Assembly: GCF_003918875.1 (NCBI RefSeq)
Contig: NW_025765978.1
Coordinates: forward strand, 1-64,000
Length of the DNA stretch: 64,000 nucleotides
Direction: 5' to 3'
Source: Haliotis rubra
Taxonomy: Eukaryota
Position 1 is the first letter of the stretch; every line of letters starts with the position of its first letter. The translations under genes and the position numbers were made by a program. Under the pieces are notes generated by a model that searched no databases, was not told the origin of the DNA, and saw nothing but the letters and a program-made list of their open reading frames with translations. Shown here piece by piece: positions 14,036-24,449 of this stretch.

Positions 14036-15802
14036 TATATAATGTCACTTCAAAGTGGTGTCGGCTATCAATCAACGAAATCACTCGTCTCACCGATAAA
14101 AAGACGCTATTAAATTGAAATCAGTGAACGCTGAAGCAGCTGCACCATCGCATGTCGTGGAAAAAGAGAAACAAATACCCAACTGGGTTCTCGTGGAGGT
14201 ACCTCTACCAGCCGGGAGAACTTCGAAGGAGACACTTCGAGCGAGCCAGCCGACCCGACATGGTCAGTCAAAACTTACAACATAGATAAAGTGGACATGA
14301 AAGCCGACGAACCCGAACTTGTACTGTTTGAAAGATGGGCCTCGAGAGGTTTTAGGCCAGAGAGGAATTATTGATCATACCTCACTTGACACAATGTTAC
14401 CCCCACCCAAGAAGTAGCGATTCAAAATATTTAACACTTACCTCCCTGTTGAGTGATCACAATAGTGTCACGTGACCAGGAAAGTGTTGGTTTGCAGTCA
14501 TAGTTACCAGGAAGTTTTGGGGGCGAACAAAATGTGGTATGCACACTAGCGGAAAGAGATAAGGGCCTGATAAAAACTTTATTTGATAAATATCTCGTAC
14601 CCCTATTGTTTATACTACTACCGGTCATCTGCATTGGTAACTGGTAACGCTAAAAGGTCATGACCCCAGTAGGTGGGGTGTGGCCCAGGAAAAAGAAGTA
14701 TGGAAACCCCTTTCAGACACATCCCTTATAACTTTACAACAAATTTTCATGAAAAGTTACCAAGAAAAGCAATTATGACGACTTTGTAAGATGAAATCAA
14801 ATAGTTATAATTAATGAATTACGAAACTATGTTGTGTTTATTCAGTAAATGTCTCCGAAGTGATGAAGAATGTTTTTTAACTTTCGTTCAAGATTACAGG
14901 AACTTTTACTTGTTTAAAAGTGTTTTGTTTATTATTATTGTTAGATAGATAAAAGTAGACAAATTTTGAACATTTCTTGACAAAACTTTCTTATCAGCAT
15001 TGTGAGACATGAACTTCAATGTTACATCGTTATCAGCTGCTGACATTAACTATTAGCCATTCTGTTAGTCCGGATTTTAGCTATCAGGAATATTGATGAC
15101 GTAGTGCACAACTGACCTTGATACCGTAGTGGGCATGATGGCTTCGTCCCGCTACGATAGCGAAGTGTCAAAGGCTGAAACTTATGTTTTTATAAACATT
15201 TTATAAAGGTTTGTATAATTGTTGATTTTCAGTGGCTTGTTAATTTGGCATGCCGTGCCGAAAACGTGTTAGGTGCGCGAATATCGATTACGCAAGGTTA
15301 ACTTTAAAATATCTACACTCGCGTAGCCTTGATTCGTGGATATAAGGGAAGTGCGGCAAAATTCCTTTTTTAAATGCATGATTTTATATTGTATACGCAC
15401 TGATTATTTTATTCATTGATTCAGCAAATTGAAAATGCCTAATATTCCACTCATGAATGGAACGTTTGTTTACAGAAGCCATTTGCAATCATCACCTATT
15501 AGTGTGGCCACAAAATTTGACGTCACCTTGTTTCATGGATTACATAGTCGGTTACCTAATACCCCACTGCGGGGGGTACTGCACTTCGTCGGATTACTGA
15601 CTTTGTTAATAAGTGACGTAATTGGCGGACGCTGTACCTCGGGAACACGAGCACCATCACAGTTAATGTGTGCTCGTTTAACGGGTCATTTGCACAGAAG
15701 TGAGGCGGAAGTGCTGGAAATGAAAACAAACCACTGTGCACGCGCAATGGTTTGTAACATCTCTCGCGCTTCCGCTGTACTGTGCCACACCCTCCCCATT
15801 CA

Positions 15803-17347
15803 TTTTTATCCCACCGGCATATAATGCGGTGGGATATAGTCGTCGCCTCGTCCGTCCGTCCGTCCGTCCGTAATCATTTTGTTTCCGGACCATAACTCAA
15901 AGACCGTTCGATATTTTTTAACCAAAATTGGTAGATATGTCAAACATAACCTAAGGTGGTGCCTTTTGCTCTTTACAGATAATTGTCATTTTTATTTTTC
16001 TCGGTTTCCATGGAAACGTTTTGGACTTAGTCTTAAAGAAGGGTGGGCTTCGTTTCCGGAGCATAACTCAAGAACCATTCAATATTTTTCAACAAAACTT
16101 GGTAGATATATCAAACAGATCCTAAAGTGGTGCCTTTTGCTGGCCCATTTACAGATTTTTGGCATTTTTATTTTTCCGGTTTCCATGGAAACAATTCCGA
16201 CTAAGTCCCAAAAGTGAGGGGTGGGCTTCAAGCTCGGAGCATAACTCAAGAACCAGTATAATATTTTTCAACAAAGTTGGTAGATATATCAAACAGAACC
16301 ATGAGTGGTGCCTTTTGCTATTTGCAGATTTTGTCATTTTTATTTTCCCGGTTTCCATGGGAAACATTTTGGACTTAGTCTCAAAAATAAGGATTGCTTG
16401 CTTCGCTCAAGACATAACTCAAGAACCGTTCAATATTTTTCAACAAAACTTGGTAGATATATCAAACACATCCTAATGTTGTGCCTTCTGCTATTTGCAG
16501 ATTTTTGGCATTTTTATTTTTCCCGGTTTCCATGGAAACGATTCAGACTTAGTCCCAAAAGTGAGGGGTGGGCTTCGTTTCCGGAGCATAACTCAAGAAC
16601 CGTTCTATATTTTTCAACAAAAGTTGGTAGATATATCAAACAGAACCATGAGTGGTGCCTTTTGGTATTTGCAGATTTTTGTCATTTTTATTTTTCCCGG
16701 TTTCCATGGAAACATTTTGGACTTAGTCTCAAAATATAAGGATTGCTTTCGTTTCCGGAGCATAACTCAAGAACCGTTCAATATTTTTCAACAAAACTTG
16801 GTAGATATATCAAACAGATCCTACAGTTGTGCCTTTTGCTATTTGCAGATTTTTGGCATTTTTATTTTTCCCGGTTTCCATGGAAACGATTCAGACTTAG
16901 TCCCAAAAGTGAGGGGTGGGCTTCGTTTCCGGAGCACAACTCGAAAACTTCTCAATATCTTTCAGCAAAACTTGGCAGATATGTGAGGCAGATCCCAAAG
17001 TGGTGCCTTTTGCTATTTGCAGATATTTGTGACTTATTATTGTCTCGGTTTCCCTGGAAATGATTCGGACTTAGTCTCAAAAGGAAGGGGTGGGTTTCGT
17101 TTCCGGAGCACAACTGGAAAACTTCTTAATATCTTTCAGCAAAACTTGGCAGATATGTGAGTCAGATCTTGAAGTGGTGCCTTTTGCTATTTGCAGATTT
17201 TTGTCATTTATTTTTTTCATGATTTCCATGGAAACGATTTGCACTTAGTCTAAAATCAAGCTGGACTTTAAGTAACTGTCAGATGATTTGTTCTTTCAAA
17301 GATGTGGGGGCCGGGGGGATATGTCATCTTCTGATGACTCTTGTTTT
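15803..17347 (+). mobile_element. Non-autonomous Helentron/DINE-1-like element with internal ~174-bp tandem array (about 8 units)
   Basis: 5' ttttatcccaccg with nearby inverted cggtgggata, (gtcc)n microsatellite, tandem units starting tttccggagcataactc, then a 3' gggggata sub-terminal IR, a gtcatc-ttct-gatgac hairpin and a T-run. Confidence 0.85.
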
Positions 17348-17425
17348 TCTCGCCATTATTTCTTAGACTGACGAGTACCTGATGGATTGAAATGTGTTTC
17401 AATTGGATATGATAGGATCATACTG

Positions 17426-17748
17426 CCCTAAGGTAAAGTCAAACCCTAAATAAGAGTTGGAAAGGGTCCCTAACCCTACCCCTCTCCCAACTCTAACCCT
17501 AAGGATCGGACAGAGTGTCATACTCTTACCCAAAACCCTAACCCTAAGGATCGGAAAGGGTGCTAACCCTAAACCCTGAGGATCGTAAAGGTTCCCTAAC
17601 CCTAACCCTAAGGATCGTCAAGGGTGCCTAACCCTAAGGATCGTAAAGGGTGCCTAACCCTAAGGATCGTAAAGGGTGCCTACCCCTAAACCCTAACCCT
17701 GGGATCATGAAGGGTGCCATACCCTAACCCTAAGGATTGGAAAGGGTT
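17426..17748. repeat. Minisatellite of ~26-32 bp units containing telomere-like CCCTAA motifs
   Basis: Unit aaccctaaggatcgtaaagggtgcct (26-bp period at 17630/17656) with variable extra ccctaa hexamers. Confidence 0.9.
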
Positions 17749-18112
17749 GTTTGACTCTATAGATGCAAAAGAAGGGAGACAGAGTAATTACGAGACAGCA
17801 CTGGCGATAATTGCCCCTCAGCGAGCAGTGAGGGCTGTGCCCGGTAAATTGCATTCTAGCCCCCACTGCAGTAAGTATTGACACGAAGGAAAGCAGACAA
17901 CGAGAAGTGAGAAAGTTTGAGCTAACGGTATCTTTTTTACTTGACATTTTGTAAAAATAAAATTTGGTAATAGTGGCATTATTGATCTGGGGCTATTTAT
18001 CTCAATGCCGGACAATTAGATTTATCGTAATGCAGAGATTCGGATTTTTTTTTTTTTGTCAGCGAGGCATGGCATTGTATGTACATCAACAGTACCGCTT
18101 CATGACGTCATA

Positions 18113-18277
18113 GGGCGGTGGGGTAGCCTAGTGGTTAAAGCGTTGGCTCGTCACGCCGAAGACCCGGGTTCGATTCCCCACATGGGCACAATGTGTTAAG
18201 CCCATTTCTGGTGTCCCCCGCTGTGATATTGCTGGAATATTGCTAAAAGCGGCGTAAAACTAAACTCAGTCAGTCAG
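18113..18277 (+). mobile_element. SINE family A, full-length young copy with 13-bp TSD
   Basis: Intact A and B boxes; TSD tcatgacgtcata at 18100-18112 and 18278-18290. Confidence 0.95.
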
Positions 18278-18462
18278 TCATGACGTCATATGAGACTTAA
18301 TTGACGAGCTGGCATGATAATTACCGCGATCCACGAATCAAGGTTATCCACGACTTAAGGTTACAGTGCTGTATACACTTTTTCACATAATTATAAACAT
18401 ATAAAATATTCATATTAATGACCTTAATTATGTCTTTTATTAATAATATTGATATAATATGT

Positions 18463-19415
18463 AATTATCCCCCGCAACACGTTTTGCAGGGGGTATTAAA
18501 ATGGTCCGTCCGTCCGTGCACATTTGTGTTTTCCGGATCAGAACTCTAAAACCGTTCACTATTTCTTCACCAAACTTGGCACATAGATAGATCTGGTGGT
18601 GTACTGGTGCCTTTAGGTAGTTTTGGAATTCTGAGTAAAATATTTTTGGCATTTCCATGGCAACAAGTTTGACTTAGCCTGAAATTGGTGGTTGTGCTCT
18701 TTTCCGGAGCAGAACTCTAAAACCGTTCAATATTTCTTCACCAAACTTGGCACATAGATAGATCTGGTGGTGTACTGGTGCCTTTAGGTAGTTTTGGAAT
18801 TCTAAATAAAATATTTTTGGCCTTTCCATGGCAACAAGTTTGACTTAGCCTGAAATTGGTGGTTGTGCTCTTTTCCGGAGCTGAACTCTAAAACCGTTCA
18901 ATATTTCTTCACCAAACTTGGCACATAGATAGATCTGGTGGTGTACTGGTGCCTTTTGGTAGTTTTGGAATTCTGAATAAAATATTTTTGGCGTTTCCGT
19001 GGCAACAAGTTGACTTAGCCTGAAATTGGTGGTAGTGCTCTTTTCCGGAGCAGAACTCTAAAACCGTTCAATATTTTTTCACTAAAATTGGCACATAGAT
19101 AGATCTGGTGGTGTACTGGTGCCTTTTGGTAGTTTTGGAATTCTGAATAAAATATTTTTGGCCTTTCCGTGGCAACAAGTTTGACTTAGCATGAAATTGG
19201 TGGTAGTACACTTTTCCGGAGCTGAACTCTAAAACCATTCACTATTTCTTTACCAAACTTGGCACATAGATAGATCTGGTGGTGTACTGGTGCCTTTTGG
19301 TAGTTTTGGAATTCTGAATAAAATATTTTTGGCGTTTCCGTGGCAACAAGTTTGACATAGACTGAAATAGGTGATAGTGCTCCTTTCTGAAGCAGAACTT
19401 TAAAAACCTTTCAAT
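18463..19415 (+). mobile_element. Second Helentron/DINE-like element, 3'-truncated, with ~171-bp tandem array (5+ units)
   Basis: 5' ttatccccc/gggggta inverted repeat, (gtcc)n, near-identical units starting ttccggagcagaactctaaaaccgttc at ~18531, 18702, 18873, 19043, 19214. Confidence 0.85.
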
Positions 19416-19523
19416 ACTCTCCTTCCACTTTTCTATGTACACACCTAAATATTTGACATAATCATAACTCGTAGACATAATCATGTAGAGTATTTGATGA
19501 CTTTGTCTTCTTGTTAATTTTTA

Positions 19524-19770
19524 GATGGAGAACCCACGGCTGACAAGTGAGCACAATCACCCTGCAGACCCAACAGCAGTAGAAGCAGTGAAGTTCCGCA
19601 CCAAACTCAAGGAACAAGCTTTAACTTCCAATGGTAAACCTGGTCAGATTCTACCCAACGCATTGCAGTCATATAAATTATCATATGGGGCTTTTGTCTG
19701 AGATGTCTGGAGCTTTTGCCCAAAAGTGCTTTTGTCCGAGGGGCTTCGGTCCTGCGGGTCTTTTGTCAGG
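19524..19770 (+). mobile_element. MULE-like transposase fragment (end of FLYWCH-type domain) with sub-terminal repeats
   Basis: Translation EHNHPADPTAVEAVKFRTKLKEQA, followed by repeated (g)cttttgtc motifs at 19690-19768. Confidence 0.55.
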
Positions 19771-20694
19771 CAATCATTATAACCAGTTAGGATAGTGAGA
19801 GGACCTTTGAGGTAGGACCTTTTCTATGCAATCAACAAGCTGAGTGAGCTGATGTCTCCTGTAGTAAGCCTTGATTGATGGATAATCCCAGCGCCTAGGG
19901 GCTGCAGGTGACTTGTTGGTGTTAGGAAGTGTATTGCCATTTGTGTATATCCCTTCTTAATGTTGATTACACACTTGCTTCTTCTTGCATTGCTGAAAGA
20001 CTGAAAATGGTTCTTCCATTTGTCACTAATAATGATCAACCTGTTTTTTTGGCTCGCAGATATAGAAGACAATGTATGAATCGTGTTTAGTACCCCCTGT
20101 ACCCTCTGAACCTTCCTGTACACAGAATCAAATAATAACCCAGGAATGCTACTATGTGCTGTTTTTGCTAAAGCCTTTGACATAATTACTAATGACAAAC
20201 GGTCCTTTTTTGGGTTGTATTCATTATCTCCATGCACTGTCATACTGTGTGTTGAAATTCTTGCTTGGTTGGTTGCAAAAGAATAAAAAAATATGGCTTA
20301 CAAATAAATGAAAGAAAATATGTAATTTTTCCGTATGCTGATGACACTGAATTTATAGCACTCTGTGGAAGTGTTAAAGAACCAATAAACTTTGTTTTTT
20401 GTTACTCTTTTAATGATTACATATGAAAGATTTGTGGTTAGTCTTATGCGGAACACCAAATTTTTTCTTTAAAAACTTGTGGTTAATTAATACCGAGCGA
20501 TTAAAAGTGGCCAAAAAGTGGCCAAAAAGTCGCCTGCTTCCCTCTCGCCCGCCAACGAAACCACAGACAGGTTACGTAACTCTGTCGCCAGACCACTGCA
20601 GTGACATCATATGAGGAACGATTTACAGTTAGTTGTATAGAAAATGTGTAGCACGCTCATCATTTTGATGATTTCTCGACATCAACGCATTTTA

Positions 20695-20870
20695 CATGTC
20701 AATAAGTTGCTTTGTCGTCAATTGCTCCTAGGGTCGTAGGCGATGGTGTCCCCATGCACAGATTTCCACAGGACCCGCTAATTGTGCTAAATGGGTTATG
20801 TTTGTGAGTGCGCGGCGGCGTTGTGGAAGCCTGAAACGATATCTTACTTGTGTTCAGATCGGCTTCAATG
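20695..20870 (+). pseudogene. Frameshifted THAP zinc-finger domain, probably from a DNA transposon
   Basis: Ordered motifs SCFVVNC, MHRFPQDP, KWVMFV, WKP and LCSDR match the THAP consensus CxVxxC..hhRFP..W..W.P..LCSxHF. Confidence 0.7.
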
Positions 20871-22744
20871 GAAGTTAAAAATCAAAACTACTTATTAGTT
20901 GTAGTAAAATATGCATATGATTGATGACCATAAAGATTTTCCATGACACAACTTGTAACATAACGATTTCTTCCTCGGAAGCGAGGTTGTGGTCGAAGTA
21001 ACAATAATATTGTAAGTAGTATTATATTGACACCCACTGCCACGAGAGAAATTGTTATGTTATACGCTATGTCATGCAAAATCCTATTGGCCATCAATAA
21101 AATACATATTTTACTACCAGTAGAAAGTAGTTTTGATTTTAGAACTCGTGAAAACAAACCTAAATACCATTTATCCTCAGACTGGATGGATGTTCCGATA
21201 GGGGCGCCATTTTTAAAATAAAAAAATCTGTTAGAATTAAAGAGATTATAGTTTGTTTTCATCAAGTTAGAAAATCAAGACTACTTTCTACTCGTAGTTA
21301 AATATGTATTTGAATCATAACCAAACAGATTTTGCATGACACAACTTATAACATAACGATTTCTTCCACGGAAGCGAGGTGGGGGTCGAAGTCACAATTC
21401 TGCGCGATAAATTTCTTGCTACATTCCCATGGTTAATGTCCACTCACCAGTATGTAGATACTAGTCAATGTGCGTCTTTATGTTTGGTCTTATAATCCTA
21501 ATTAGTTTATTATCATACTTGTATGCATTTTGAAACTTAATAAAAAGCTGACGATCTGCTGATACTTGTAGTGAATTTATAACAGAACTGTAATATCTAG
21601 ACATTTTATAGTTTGCCAATGTGAATCATAATTCGCACACACACCCTAGTGCATGTTGTCTGTCTCATTACACTTCACGGCGAAAACAATGATTCTGTTG
21701 AATGCTACGACAAATGAATAAAAACAAAATGCAAATATTAAAATTAAAACAGATTAAAGTTATAGGAACAATATCAGGCCATTACCTTGTTCGAGGAATG
21801 TATCCATCAATATCCACAAAACTGTTCCAAATGATGTGTCTTAACAGTTTAATATACTCTGAAAAAGTGATAAATCTTTTCAGGTATTGGTGTATAGTCT
21901 CATTGGTCACCCAAGATAACACACCTGGCAACTAATTGCATAATGTCCGCCTTTCTTTAAAAACAGTAATTTAGTTAGCCAATAATGGGCAATCAATCAA
22001 TGTATTGCCGGGTTAATCCTTTGAAAGAAGGACGTTGATTTTACGCATGAACACACTAACCACGACAGAGTGTATTCAGTATAGATTAGTAAATCTACAT
22101 GCATAAACACTACCTTTTGACAATTCCGCTGTGTAAGATAAAAGTAATTAATCAATCAGCGTGTTATCGGTTAATCCTTTGATCGATGTTTATAATGTTG
22201 AATATTTACTCCAGACACAAGAAATGCCAAATGGGAACCTTTGTCGGGTAATCTAAGTGTGTTACCACTAATTATACCTGTTATAAATTCATTAACTGAC
22301 CATCAAGTGAATAATGACAAATAACATGTGTAGGTTTATACCACCTAACACGGGTTACAACAAGGGGGTATTAATTGCTGTATTGCATGTGAAAACTTAT
22401 GGTCTGACACTGTTTTGAGAATACAAACAGATTTTTACATGACATGATTAAATATCGAGGTAAAAAAAAACACAGAAATGGGATCAATTTGGATCAGTCT
22501 TTATACAAATAGTGCCTAACGACACCAATCGATTTTGACAGAATCGTCTATGAAAACAAGTTTTAACTCGGAAACTAGGCAAAGCAGGAGACAAAATTAA
22601 ATGACAGTAGATTGTGAGAACATATAGCTTTCATTTTCCACAACAATTGTCACGATTTCAGGTTTATACAAGCCTGTAAACAAGATTATTTAACCCCTAA
22701 AATGTAGATGAATTCTGCATCGGCCCTCAAAGCTATTCTTCATA

Positions 22745-22775
22745 TGACGTCACAGAGGCGCGCCGCTCTGATTGG
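22745..22775 (+). promoter_or_regulatory. Possible promoter module (CRE palindrome + inverted CCAAT box)
   Basis: TGACGTCA at 22745-22752 and ATTGG at 22771-22775 with a GC-rich spacer, ~250 bp upstream of the 23.0-23.8 kb ORF. Motif match only. Confidence 0.3.
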
Positions 22776-22995
22776 TTGAAATTTCGTTCGCGGTTGAGAA
22801 TTGTGCACTGTTGTCAAAAAGGTTGATTTAAGTCAATTAAAGGTCGAAATGAGTAGTTTTAATGACGGGGTTTCATTTATAACGATGCCAGTTAGTGATT
22901 TATGTATTTGTACCCCCTAAGGTTTATGTGACCTTTAAATGTAATGATAAGTCTATTTGTTATTACCATGTCATTTATGTTTTGTTAATACATAG

Positions 22996-23801
22996 ATAAA
23001 GATGATCAACCCGCCATAGAGGATGACAGGAAGAAAATGAGTGCCCTAGAGGAGGCTGCAGTCCATTCATCACGTTTTATTCTGTGCGCACAGAAAAAGT
23101 TAGCTGAACCAGCACCAGGAGTGAGGCAACCATGTAATAGTCAGGGATTAGACGGAGAGAATCCTCAAGTGACTTCATCACGTTTTATTCTGTGTGCTCG
23201 TAAAAGAGAAGACGGACCAGCGCCTGGTGTGAGGCAACCAGGTAATCGTCAGGGATTCAGTTTTATTTCTACTTCCCATAAACAGTTTGCCAAACCATTA
23301 GCTGAAGCGATGGAACTAGATATTACTGCAGAAAGTGGAATAGGAAGTGAGAAGATAGACATAACCCAGAAGTTCGGTGGACTGGCAGGTGGAGTGATGA
23401 CACTACAAGCAATCCCAAGAAGAGACATAAGGAAAGGTTGTATTTCAACTGACCAGAATAGAAATTTCACAGTTACAACTGTATCAAGTTCTACTCAACC
23501 TACATCAATGCTTGTATCTTCTGCCACCAAAGAAGCTGCAAAATCAGTAATTGAAGTGATGGAAACACAAACTTCAAGAGATGACTTAAGAAATGAGAAG
23601 GTAGACATGATGCCATCAATCTATATTCTTAATGCCCAGAAAAAGCCTGCTGAAACGATAGACCTGTCAGAGACCTCATCCAGAACTGACGAAGAGGAAG
23701 ATGAGATTCACCTGTCTGTGGGTCACAAAGGAAGAAGTAAGTATTGCTGTGTCAAGTACAAGTATCCAAAGACATGTTTATTGGTGAATTTTTTGTTTTA
23801 A
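22996..23801 (+). CDS. Putative coding exon of unknown protein with internal repeats
   Basis: Longest ORF in the window (254 aa), open back to an acceptor (tttttgttaatacatag at 22995), with a candidate donor gtaagt near 23737. Repeated motif SSRFILCA..K...PAPGVRQP.N.QG. Confidence 0.5.
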
Positions 23802-24449
23802 TTTTAATCTTCAGTATTAGTATTAGTTTTGTGATACCTTATTTTAAGATCTCTTATCGTCCATTTAAGATTAGCGAACTCCCAGTCGCACAAACATTTT
23901 GACTTGTCAGGCACATGTTTACCAAAGGGAGATAAGCCTAAACGTATTGTCACAATTGGAGACCTACATACTGTCTTGATGTTGTTTACTCACCAGCTTC
24001 ATTGCATTGCTGAAAAACTGGAAAAGGTTCTTTGTTCTTCCTTTCCTCACTAATGAGGATTGAACTGTTTTTTTTATGGCCAACAGATATAGAGGACAGT
24101 GTATGAGTTTTGTATGATACTCTCCTGTACACAGAATCAAATAATATCCCTGGAATGCTACTGCGTCTTTTGCTAAAACCTTTGACTGACTTGAAATCTC
24201 TTTCTTTCCTCAGTTTTGGACGTAATATACAAAACTGGCTAATGATATAAAATCCTGTTTGATTACTTGGGGTGGGTATAGCAGAGAATTTTCATACTGC
24301 GATATATTGCGATGCACAATATATTGCAAGAAGGTATTTTTAACAAGAAAACTACTTATTATAATCGAGTGGATGCTTGATTTATAAAGCAAAAACACAA
24401 CAAAATCAAACTTTTTAATCATGACAAAATATTTGGCACAAATGGCACA

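Noticed and set aside
15879-17063. Overlapping 105-163 aa ORFs
   Set aside because: By-products of a tandem array whose frame shifts between units; open in several frames with no protein motif.
17426-17748. True telomere or chromosome end
   Set aside because: Hexamers are embedded in a longer unit and ordinary sequence continues on both sides.
18113-18185. tRNA genes at SINE heads (also 36124, 27961, 49480)
   Set aside because: They continue into shared SINE bodies and tails, several have TSDs, and none forms a full cloverleaf with a terminator.
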